DNA from: Tubiluchus corallicola
Lineage: Eukaryota > Animalia > Priapulida
Direction: 5' to 3'
DNA: 64,000 nt
Assembly (NCBI GenBank): GCA_030141605.1
Contig: JAQGDQ010000377.1
Location: 62,001 to 126,000 of the forward strand
Shown here: positions 10,997-22,235 of the stretch, one piece after another
Numbering within the stretch: the first letter of the stretch is position 1
Layout: each line of letters opens with the position of its first letter
Translations under genes and position numbers: made by a program
The notes under the pieces: model-generated
The model's input: the letters and a program-made list of their open reading frames with translations, nothing else
What the model was told of the DNA's origin: nothing
The model's database searches: none

Positions 10997-13699
10997 AGTG
11001 GTACGCATTTGCAACATATTTATCTTGTCATGTCATGAGCCGAATTTTCACAAGACACTCTTCCTACCCTTTTCAACATTCTTTTCTCCATCGCTTCTAT
11101 CCTTGCTTTGCACAACTTTGTTTTAAATTGCCCAAAACCCTCGAGGGTTTTTGTTCTTTTTTCTCAATATTTGGACGAGTTTACAATGGTGCAAGTACCT
11201 AACAAGTTTTACTTCCATTTATTATTTACGCTGTCATATCAGATATAATCATTATTATTAATGCCTTAGTAATATAGTAAGTATATATGAAAAAGTAATA
11301 TAAAAGGAATTAATTTTTCAGTCTTTCTTGTTATTGTATTTGTATTTACACTTCCAAATAAACTTATTATACATCTTATAATAAATATACACGCATCAAT
11401 CGTGCAATCGGGTATGATCGTGAAAAGGTCAAAGGTTAAGCATACCAGACAACGCATTTGTGTACACTTGACAATGCCGAGATATTGTAATAGTAGTAAT
11501 TGTAATAGTTTTGGCAGTTGGCTAGAACCTTACCTAATATAATTTCTTATTCCCACGCAAGAGCCTGCTAGTAAATCACTCTATGCACAGATTAATGCAT
11601 AATTAAGTAGAGTCCACATAAAACAACTGAACTTATCAAACTCATGCGTCAGACAGCTTCGCAATACGCACATATCATGTGACGGTTGTTGTTAAGACAA
11701 ATTGTAAACTTTTACCTGCATCAACTGCGCGTGCGCACAACGAAACTGTAAAAATGACTATGGAGCCTAGAGGATGAAGAACTACAGATCAATGTTTTTC
11801 TATTAGTAAAGAAATAGATTTGTAATTTTGATGAAGCCATTGTATGACAAATTACCAAAGCGATTCTTTGTCTATCTACGTCAATTATTTTGAACTAAAT
11901 TTAGATTCTGATTGGTTAACGACGTTTGGCAATTCTGAATTTTGTCAAAGTAATCAAATTCTAATAATGGTGTTATCAGTAACTATAATCGAGAGCTCAT
12001 TTAAAAACTGCAGCAATTCTGTAAATGCATTATCTGTATTACGGAACTGGCATAAAACATCATCACACTGAAAAGGCTTACTTGGCTTCTTTCGTGCTAG
12101 AAAACTAGAGACATAACGATTTACTTCACAGTACGTAAGGTAGACATGGGATTCGTGTTTGCTGTTTCGACTAAACCTCAGGTCTCGTACTAGAGGAATA
12201 AATTAATTGTTTAATTACCTAATTGACAGACAAGTACCACTGTTACATAGCATATTACTTATACAGAAATATTCTAAGGGTAAAGTTAAAACAAACAAAG
12301 CAACAAAATGAAATTACAAGATTGTAATTAGAAGCAAACATATCAGTTAGGTAAAAATTTTTTATGATATTGTAAAACGAAGACGTAGGGGCCGAAAATT
12401 TATTTAGCCTTAGGAAATATACGTGTTTTGCCGACAAGGGGTAATAAAATTATAATAAAAATCAAACAAAAGTCTAAGAACCGAATAATGAAAGCAAAAA
12501 AAGTTAAGACAACGGATCAGATATTAAACCCAAAACAAATATCTGCAAAATGCAAGAGTCCTAGAAAAGAAAACTACTAGCTCATGACGCCACCAACAAG
12601 ACACCGTACAAAACCAGACAAAAAAGCAGAATATATGGTGCTGACACCTGCAGGCAAAAATAAACACCGGTCACCAACAGTAAATCAGCAGCCGTTAACA
12701 ACCATCTTGAATAAAGATGGCCATGTAGTTTCTTTTATTATAGATAATATTTACAGTATTTTAGCCCATTGAGTATGTAGTCAAGCACTACATATGTACT
12801 TTCTAAATTTTGCAAAAACATAATGTTGTCTATCAAGTGTAATTAACTGACTAAAATTGTACAGATTTAAAACTATATTACAGTATTCGAAATAACTGGC
12901 GTTTACATGAAGACTACATAAGTGGCTAGAGCAATCAGACAATACATGTTTTCTTAAATAGGACAAACTTGCTTCCACCCAAAATCATACATTAAATCAC
13001 AGACGACAGCCAATCATACGTGGCATGCGTCATCTTCTGTTACTTAATGACGGAAAATTTGTTACTAAACTTTTTGTTAAGTGGCATTTTTACATTATAA
13101 TGTATTTTTGTAATGTAAAGTACATAATGAGCATTTTGTAACATTATGATTAATTGTCACTGCCAATTTGTGCCAAATGAACTACTGTAGGCCTACAAAT
13201 GTCTGCGTTCCTAGTGATAGACAACAAAATGTGCTCTCTGTGTTCTACAAAATGAGTGACCATACTTAGCAAGTATTTTCTAGTTTCTTCAGTAATACGG
13301 AACACTCATGAAATTTTTGACTTACCAATCTGATGAAATTACAAAAATAGAATCTGTGAAACACATTAGACAGTTACAGCTTAAATTCTAAAAGATATCT
13401 TCCATGTAACCTAATATTTTAATAACATTTTAAGTTTTTATTCATTAGTGGACAATAGTCTTTGAACAATGAGACTTCTAAAATTAATACGTCTTAGAAC
13501 TACGTAGCATAATTCTATGGATTATATAGGTCTACTTTTGTGGGAAACGAAATATACGCCACATTGTTAACTTAAAAGTATGGAATGTATTGTTGACTTT
13601 GAAAGTATTGTTTGCTTGTAGAAAAAGACAATGAAGACAATAGCAATTGTAGCGACAATGCCGATCTTCTAAACTGGAGATTATGGATGTAGAAGTCGT

Positions 13700-16477
13700 A
13701 TGACTTATTTAGGTTGTACAAGAAAATGGCTACTTGCGTTTTTTTTCTCGTCTTCAATAACTTTTTGTCGGTCACTCGATCACTGCAATAAAATTGTTCA
13801 AGGTTGTACTTTTGCCCCTGCTGCTAAAGTCCATGATACATGCAAAATACATTGCATTAGTCCTACGAAACTTGAACTTGCAAACATAGATACTGAACTG
13901 GGAAGCTTAGATGATGGGAAATATTCCATATATATACGTAATTACCCCGAAACTGAGTTGCCAGACAATTTTTTCAAGGGAATTCTAAGCCCAGACAGCA
14001 GCTTGCGCATAACATATGGCGAATTGGCTCGTCTGGGACAAAACTCAATAAACGGTCGTGTAATTGCCATCACCCTTGAATCAACGAAGCTTTCTTACAT
14101 ACATCCAGGTGCTTTCAAGAATGCGAAGTTCGAATATCTCTACTTCCATGAAAATACAAGACTGACGGGAGTTCTGCAGTTCGACTTTTCCAATAATCCA
14201 TTCTTTAACAGCTTGTCGTTATTGATGAACAAAATTGAAGGGGCTGAAACCTCTGAAAATTCACAGCAGTGTTGCAGCTGAAAATGTGACAATAATCATT
14301 TCTGGTAAGTGCTCAAAGATTATAATAGTGTTACAAAGGCAGATTATGACCAACCCCCTAATGTTAGTAATGGGTATGGTTGAGAAGCCCAGTAATGCAA
14401 ATGTATCTGTATAAAACAGAATGCAATTTGACGATTCCAAACTGGATTTTCTGTCTGTAAGGGTGAATGCTGTAGGTTTGCTGATTTTTATACAAAAGTC
14501 TGTTCACATGTCATGGAGCTACTGGTTGTGCAATAAAGTTTAATTTACACTCCCATTCCGTGTCTTTTTACTTTTCTCGTCTGCTGTAGTACTTTATAAC
14601 TTGTATGCCGCTCCATAAATGCTGAGACGGATCTGTGCTGGAACCCCCGGATCCGTTACACTGGTGTCAGAAGTGGGATACATTCTGAGGAAACGGATCG
14701 GCGCACTGGAACCCGGATCCGTTACAATATAGTTTCGTCTGTAAAGAAAACACCGTTACTAATATTTTTGCACATCGTACTGCTTTTCATTTTGTTATTT
14801 ACTTATTATTTATTCTTATTATTTATTATTTAATAACTTGGAAGCCATGCAAGCTAGGGTCACCAAACACACAGAGGTGGTAGCCCTCGATGGCGACGAG
14901 CAACAGAATGGAGATACTGACCAATAGTTAAAGGGGAAGTGCGGTGGGCGTTGGTCTGTTTTTCCTTTAGGTCGCATCTGCATCCTGGTGCTTTCGGTTT
15001 TTCTTGGATTTTTTTTCACACGTATTTGGGCACTGTGGGGTAGATGTGCTCTTGGGTTTTTTTTAAAAAGCTGGCAAATTTTAAACGCCCGAGCAAAGGG
15101 GTTCAGAAATTCAGAAATTTGGGTCCCACAGCTGGTGACACAGCTGGGCACAAAATTTATGGGGTACACTCTGGGCAAAGTTATCTACGTGTACATGTGA
15201 CATGAGTTGCCGGGTCAAAGGTCACGAACGGTTTACGATACTTCTGCTCCCACACTTTCTTAGCTAGAGCCACAATATTTGAATGTTACGCGGTGGGGTC
15301 GTGATCTTACGCATCACAAAATAAGGGACTAATCACAAAAAGAGGCTAATAAACCCTTATCGTCATCATCATCATCATCATGCTTGGAATGACCTTTACA
15401 GACAGTTTACAAAATAGTGCAAAATGGTTTAATTTAGTTAATTTAATTTAATTTAAATTTAGTGCACATCGAACGTTCCACTGTGTATTGTACTGTGTAC
15501 TGGACAAAAGAAAATCATTTTAATTATTCTAAAATTAAATTTATGTTGTATATTTATCCTAATATCATCATACTTTTTTAGTTTTGGATAGTGCTGCCAC
15601 CTTCAGATGCTCTTGTTAAAATTGTTGAACTTTCTCTTTACTGTTTAAATTTTCATTGACTTCTACAGTCTTTATGAATGCATAATCTCTAAACCTGTTT
15701 TAACACCTAAATGATGTCACTTGTAGTTCTGGTCACTTGGTTTCCTGTTTTTCAACTTGACACTACTTCACTGGTTATGTAGACACTTCTGAATAAAATC
15801 TTAAAACTAAATTTCAAGTTTTTTGGTTTCTTCAAACCAGTGTACTGTGTGGCTAGATTTGTTTTGCCCTGCATCTTTGCTATTGAACTGAGTCTATTTG
15901 ACAATGTACTGTATCAATGTTTTCTGAATCCTTTTCCATTTTTTTATGTGAACAAATGAGATGCGACTGCAACTTAGCCTGGGTTGTTTTACCTCCGTTT
16001 GACGCAAAAAGTTATGTCGATTGTGTGTGGCTTCAAAAGACTAGTGGAGCCAAATTTGCGGACTTTGACTGTGATGTACCACCAACAACAGCAACAACGA
16101 CAACAACGACAACAACGACAACAACGACAACAATGACAATAACGAGAACGACAACAACGACAGTAACAACTTTAACAACGACAGCGAGAGTCACAACGAC
16201 GACGACCAAAACTACTACAGGAACAGCAGCAACGACAACAATGACATCAACTGTGACAACTGTAACAATACAAAACAGCACCACCGCAGAAAAATCACCT
16301 GCTATAACAGGCATCACCGTTACGACCCTGTTAGGTTTGCACATTCTATTGTTGCTGTTTCTAATTATTGGAAGAAGAAAAGCAAATGAACGACGTGGTA
16401 GTGCATCAGGAACCCCACAAAATGTAGTGGAACAAGCAGAAACTGCAGAACAGGATAATGGGCTGAATAGTGAATAG
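13700..16477 (+). pseudogene. LRR + LRRCT + Thr-rich mucin stalk + TM type I membrane protein, paralog A (disrupted as sequenced)
   Basis: Exon 1 13700-14304: signal peptide, Cys-rich N-cap, LRR units (TLESTKLSYIHPGAFKN; SLSLLMNKI). An extra G in 14240-14243 shifts the frame before ENVTIIISG|gtaagt. Exon 2 15948-16477: MRCDCNLAW LRRCT, poly-Thr stalk, TM ITVTTLLGLHILLLLFLIIG-RRK. The expected acceptor AG reads AT at 15946-15947. Confidence 0.8.
14329..14726 (+). mobile_element. Deleted LTR retroelement (LTR + tRNA primer-binding site + duplicated LTR end)
   Basis: TGTTACA start, TATAAAA and AATAAA, LTR end GGATCCGTTACA at 14660 followed by TGGTGTCAGAAGTGGGAT (complementary to a tRNA-Leu 3' end); second GGATCCGTTACA at 14726; TSD imperfect. 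Confidence 0.7.
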
Positions 16478-16754
16478 ATATTTAATACAAAAATTAATGG
16501 ATTCATTACAGCTTGGCATGAGTGGCTTAGCTAATGGGGGAGCAATGGGAGCACATTTTTCAAAACTGGTGCTTTTTCAACAATGGAGTCATTACTTGAT
16601 TTGACCAACCTGCCTTTTACGTATTTTTTGACATGATGATGATTTTTCAAGGTTGTTTCATTGAACTGAGCATCAAATTTTAACCAAAATCTAAAGGCTT
16701 TAATATAGACTTTTTTAGGCGAATTTGTCTACACACGATTCTCTAGTAGTGTGC

Positions 16755-16756
<2 letters not shown>

Positions 16757-16841
<85 letters not shown>

Positions 16842-16860
16842 CGTGCGTGCATGTGTGCGT

Positions 16861-16891
<31 letters not shown>

Positions 16892-16896
16892 CGTGC

Positions 16897-16928
<32 letters not shown>

Positions 16929-16946
16929 GCGTGCGTGCATGTGTGC

Positions 16947-16988
<42 letters not shown>

Positions 16989-17472
16989 ATGCGTGCGTGC
17001 TGTTTGTTATTTTATATGTGTGTTGATTTATGGGTTTTATGTGGAATAAACTTTATCTTATCTTATCTTATCTTACCTTACCTTATCTTACCTTACCTTA
17101 CCTTACCTTACCTTACCTTACCTGACCTGACCTGACCTGACCTGACCTGACCTGACCTGACCTGACCTGACCTGACCTGACCTGACCTGACCTGACCTGA
17201 CCTGACCTGACCTGATCTGATCTTACCTTACCTTACCTTACCTTACCTTACCTTACCTTACCTTACCTGACCTGACCTGACCTGACCTGACCTGACCTGA
17301 CCTGACCTGACCTGACCTGACCTGACCTGACCTGACCTGACCTGACCTGACCTGACCTGACCTGACCTGACCTGATCTGATCTTATCTTATCTTATCTTA
17401 TCTTATCTTATCTTATCTTATCTTATCTTATCTTATCTTATCTTATCTTATCTTATCTTATCTTATCTTATC
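16757..17472. repeat. (TG)n followed by compound (ATCTT)/(ACCTT)/(ACCTG) pentamer microsatellite
   Basis: Direct read. Confidence 0.97.
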
Positions 17473-17689
17473 TTTCTTTTAAATCTTTGTTGTTAATACT
17501 TACTTACGTAAGCGTTTGTAGCATCAGTGGGGTACTATTCAAACGCTATTTTCAGTTATTTTCTTTTTTTAATAAGGTGATCAAAACTGATATTAAGCAT
17601 AGAGAATAAAGGTTAGGCAGCGCATGGCAACAATGAGAGTATCCTGGCGCATACAAGCAGGTCTCATTATTTTACATAAATAATTACAT

Positions 17690-18290
17690 GGGTTTGTATA
17701 TTTGATGAATAAGCAAAATATTGTTGACAATAACAAGCTTGAAGATCATGCAGAAACTGTTGCTAGCAAAGGAAATGATTTAGTGGGAATGCTTCGATTA
17801 TGAGGATACAGATATGTTTGTTACACTTTACACTGACCTGTGTTGGTGTATGGAAATGTGATATAGTCACCTTACTATAAGAAACACATTAACTTTTAGG
17901 GGAATGTACAGCGCAGAGGAAAAAATGATGTACAGCATTTCAAGTCTTGAATACGAGCAGTGATTCATAACACTTAAATTACCTAGCTTAGTTTACACAA
18001 TAGAGGTGACGTGACTGAAGTCTTCAATATCATGCAGGAATAGTATGATGCACAAATTAGTCTTGGAAAGAAGAAGAAGAAGGCTGGACCAGTGAGCATG
18101 CATACAAACTTAAAGTACAATTCCAGTAGTTAAGCACAAGAAAACATTTTTACAGTCAAGAACAGCAGGATTATGAAACAAATTACCAGAATAAGTGCTT
18201 GATGTAAGGTCACCGTGCAGCTTAAAGAGTCGCTTAGATGAATACTTTGGGGCCTTAAAATAATAATAAATAATAAATAAATAATAATAA
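17690..18290 (+). mobile_element. Degenerate CR1-like LINE 3' end
   Basis: Decayed RT C-terminal motifs (RGDV-EVFNIM, H.YKLKV, TRKHF, LK.RLDEY) followed by a (TAA)n tail. Confidence 0.55.
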
Positions 18291-18295
18291 TGCTG

Positions 18296-18504
<209 letters not shown>

Positions 18505-18523
18505 CTTAATTTAATGTCAGCTG

Positions 18524-19607
18524 GTCAAGATAGCAGTCAAGATGTTTCCTATAGAAAGCTTCTAATTACAGAAATAAGAATTCCAACTCTCTATCTCTTA
18601 GTGAGATCCGTGTGGCCATTAATATGTTCCTTTATCAATTCATATCAGACGTGTCCTTGCAGGAATCTTTAATCTCAATTTTGCCAGGCCAGTAATTAAT
18701 TCTTCAATGTACAAACTATTTCACACCCTTATGTATGCCATCAAGGTTCCTGTACCAAAATTGATTTTTGTGTCAAGTTATAAATACCGATTAAAGATGA
18801 TAAGGTGTCATTTTTTGTCAGGCACGTGTTTGGCTGTGGACCAGCAAATCCACACTGGTAGAAAACCATATTTTCTTTTAAGACCAGTGAACATGATTCT
18901 GTTTTTGTGAGGTTATTAACACTAAGAAACCATAGAAAAGTTTGTCATCAATTTTGACTATACCAATTCATCGATAAAATAAGTAATTGAAGTACTTTGC
19001 TTTAAAATCACAAAATAATTTTTTATTAGAAATCCACGTTTTGTATGCTTTGCAAACATTTTTACCACCAAATGTCCCTAGAATTTAAAACTCATGAATA
19101 TTTGAATTTTTAAAATCTTGGTTAAAAACAAATACGCACTTGTTGAAACTTTACATATATTTACCGTTGGAATCAGACAACTCGTTAGCTTATTGAAAAG
19201 AAATAAAACAAAGCTGAATAAAAAGAACAACCATTTTTGTTTCGAATGCAGGAGCTGCGCTACGTACAGATATCACGCAGCATTTGTCTGGCATATTTAT
19301 GTCTTTATAAAAATATTTCACGTCATCAATCCAGTTCAGATAATAAGAAATTTTCACGGCCACATTTATTTTATTAGGATCAGGTTTCTCCACTTCTTTG
19401 GGGCCACGGGCATTAACACCAACCACGTCTCCTGTTTGTTTTAAGACGACAGGTCCACCGGAATCACCCTGCAAAATTCGTAAAATTAAATTTCACTCTA
19501 AATAAGATCACCAATAACGACAAGATGTAGTGATCCCTTGATGAGTGAATCTCTGCTTATCAGAGAGGGGAGCCAACACTAAACACTGCCAGATCTCGTT
19601 AAAACTT
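18524..19607 (-). repeat. Segmental duplicate of 51938-52968 (protease last exon with 3' flank and intron end)
   Basis: Near-colinear identity from GTCAAGATAGCAGTCAAGATGTTTC to AGATCTCGTTAAAACTT. Confidence 0.95.
19190..19468 (-). CDS. Orphan terminal exon of serine protease (GDSGGP exon with hydrophobic C-tail)
   Basis: ttttgcag|GGT GAT TCC GGT GGA: [56 protein letters not shown]; acceptor and ORF intact; no upstream protease exons seen between 19.6 and 52 kb. Confidence 0.75.
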   Translation of the reverse strand, partial: GDSGGPVVLKQTGDVVGVNARGPKEVEKPDPNKINVAVKISYYLNWIDDVKYFYKDINMPDKCCVISVRSAAPAFETKMVVLFIQLCFISFQ

Positions 19608-20189
19608 GTCAAATCAAACTGGATCTCGACCGTTTTGATCGTAAATAAAATTCGTCAACTTGAGCGTTTACACCATTCATCTTTACAGATTTTGTACTAA
19701 TAGCAGCAATACATCAAAAAATTGGACACCGCTATGCCAGTCGATTGTGGATTTTTGGAGAGCAAGTTTTGCTCTTTGAAGCCAATTTGTAAAGCCAATT
19801 AGTTGGCTTCTCTATATAACACTTTTAAATAGAGAGTAAAAAAAAGTTTTTTATACATTAAAATCAACTAAGAAACAAAAAATGTGATTAATAAAACAAA
19901 CTTTTACACTGAAGGATTTCGATTAAAACTGTTGTCAGTAACACTGAATTTTCTTTTGTTTATCTCCATTAGAACAGAAGTTGGCTGCAAGGAGCCAAAT
20001 GATCTATTCTGAGCTTTTCAGCTTGCTTAAAAGTCTGTATTGTAAGTTTAGCAAGTTTTCTATATTTTAAAAGTGCGGAACGAATGAATAAATAATTAAT
20101 CACGTTTCTGTGGGCCAGTTACCGAATCATGGTCAACTGCATATTTTGTTCTTACTGCTCTGTTAAAGCACTGGAAACTTGCTAAACAT

Positions 20190-20300
20190 TAGGGGTGAGC
20201 ATTCTCTACCAGAAAGCGAATTCGAATCGAACCGAATTTGTGACTTTCGAATTCGAATCGAACCGAACTTCAGTGTTTCGAATTCGAACCGAATTCGAAT
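20190..20300. mobile_element. hAT-like MITE end with TTCGAA-rich subterminal repeats
   Basis: TAGGGGTG terminus followed by repeated GAATTCGAATCGAACCGAA; partner end not located. Confidence 0.45.
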
Positions 20301-20589
20301 TGAGATTGATTGATTTTCGAACAAGTTTTAGAACCACCAGTAAAAATTAGTCTTACCAAGATCATGCATATTATTAGATTTTGTTCTGCAATAAAAGGAC
20401 TAGTCATTTGTTTAAAATTGTGTGCAGAAATCACAGCTAAATTATACTAATTGCATGATGTTTCAATCGTTTTAGTGATTACTTTTAATTTGTTTATCAC
20501 AAAAAGTAGAATAATACTGCCTAGTAGCCATTTAATTTTCGTAGCCATCAATACTAGGTATAATACTTTAAATTAAACCATATCACCAT

Positions 20590-21365
20590 TTACGTTAATT
20601 TATCCAAGTCATTTTTCGAACAGATATTGATGACCTCAGTAGACTCTGCCTTACGTAGATAGATACTGCCATTTCGAGTCCGCAGGAACGTATAGTTGTG
20701 CGCCTTCTTGAAGTCCAAACAACTCTTGTGCAGATCACGTCGTTGTGGCATAAGACTTTCATTAATGTAGATTAGGTGGGTGGCAGAGAATCCTAACTGG
20801 TGTGCAGTGATTTTATTCTTGTGCCTCGCATGCAGTTCATCTCTTGTTTCTCTGTGTAAGAATTTTGCAATAATGGACGGTGGCTTTCCACCATTCCTTG
20901 CTTTGAAGCGATGTGAAATACTTATATCCTTGCATGTCACATTTACTCCCATATGATAAGCAAGTCGCTCTACAATATTGGATGCATCTTCGTCCTAGGT
21001 AACAGGTTCACCAGTAAAAATTAGACATATTGTTCAATATGTTCTTGTTCAATTGTTCAATTGTTCTTTCATATTGTTCAAAGTCATCCTGCTTTCCGTG
21101 AAGTTTTCTAATTTCCTCTTGAAGAGAACATACTGTACTTTTTAGAGCAGCATTTTCGGAGCATGATAGAAACATCTATCATGGATTTCTCAAAAATGTC
21201 AAAGCGATCTGAGATATACTGTTGGCTTGATGTAATCTCATTGACTTCTGTCTTTAAATCAAAAATAGAATTCTGTATCTGCTCATACTTGACTCTCACT
21301 TCAGAACTATTTGCATTCAATTTCGACGTCTTGTTATGCTTATTTTCGTCTCCTCCAGGCATCAT
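20590..21365 (-). mobile_element. LINE ORF1 remnant (coiled coil + RRM-like + C-terminal domain; CR1/L2-group type)
   Basis: Interrupted ORFs with coiled-coil segment (IFDLKTEVNEITSSQQYISDRFD) and DISISHRF..PPSIIAKF..IYINESL..RRDL..Y.FL.TRNGSIYLRK motifs. Confidence 0.75.
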
Positions 21366-21439
21366 AATGTGTCACAAAAATATCCAGTTTAAAAAATTAA
21401 CTGATACCTCGAAGAATCAATAATTTTTCTACGAAAAAT

Positions 21440-22235
21440 TGTGAGCAACTTACTACAGCACACGCATGCGCCATCAAGTTTAGCTGCCAGTAGGGCAGCA
21501 CAGAGCTCAAATCGTGGAATCGTAAGACCCTTTATTGATGCAAGACGCGATTTTGCCATCAGAAAAGCTACATGAATATCTCCACATTGATTTTCCAAGC
21601 GTATATAGGATACAGCTCCATAAGCGACCTCTGAAGTGTACAGATACAGGCGTTCCAAAGTCTGGTGGTTTGATGCAACGTCTAACTTTGAAATTCTCCA
21701 GAAGTGCACAGTCAGACATCCATTTAATCCACTTAACTTCAATAGTGTGTTCAAGTTTGGCATCCCAAGGCTTCTGCAGTCTGCACTCCTCCTGAAACAG
21801 CAATTTTGCCTGGAGTACGAAAGCATTTACGAACCCGAGAGGGTCATAGACAGATGCAAGAGAACTTAAAAGACCGCGTTTCGTGTGAGCATGTTCTCTC
21901 TGCTTTACTTGTATGACAAACCTGCCACTGTCTACATCCCACTTGACACCTAAAGCTCGTTTTTCAGGAGGAAAGTCGAGCATAAGATTCTTAATGCATT
22001 TGCCAAGATGCTCTTCTGGGACATTATTTGAAACCTCGTTTGCAGGGACGTCGGATGTCTGTAACCAATCAGCCACCTTCTGTTTACAGCTTTCACCAGC
22101 AGATGGCGCCACATCCTGCCTGGACTCGACCTCGTCGTGACTGTCATCGTCATAAGCACCACCAACTGAAGCCATCTCTACCTGCAGGCGTTCGTGTCTC
22201 AGCTTCATGGCCTTGAAGTTTGAGTTCCTGTTCAC
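21440..22235 (-). mobile_element. BEL/Pao LTR retrotransposon pol remnant (RT end/RNase H-associated Pao domain), internally deleted and frameshifted
   Basis: RALGVKWD..TKRGLLSSLASVYDPLGFV..AKLLFQE..WD, then in another frame AYGAVSYIR..FLMAKSRLA..LTIPRFELCAALLA. Confidence 0.9.

Noticed and set aside
13326-13405. Possible first exon of protease A (ATGGAA.., gtaagt donor on the minus strand)
   Set aside because: Early stop, wrong phase and no convincing hydrophobic core; cannot be supported
15545-15903. Further solo-LTR-like segment (TG start, AATAAA, CA end)
   Set aside because: No matching TSD or second copy found, so boundaries are unsupported
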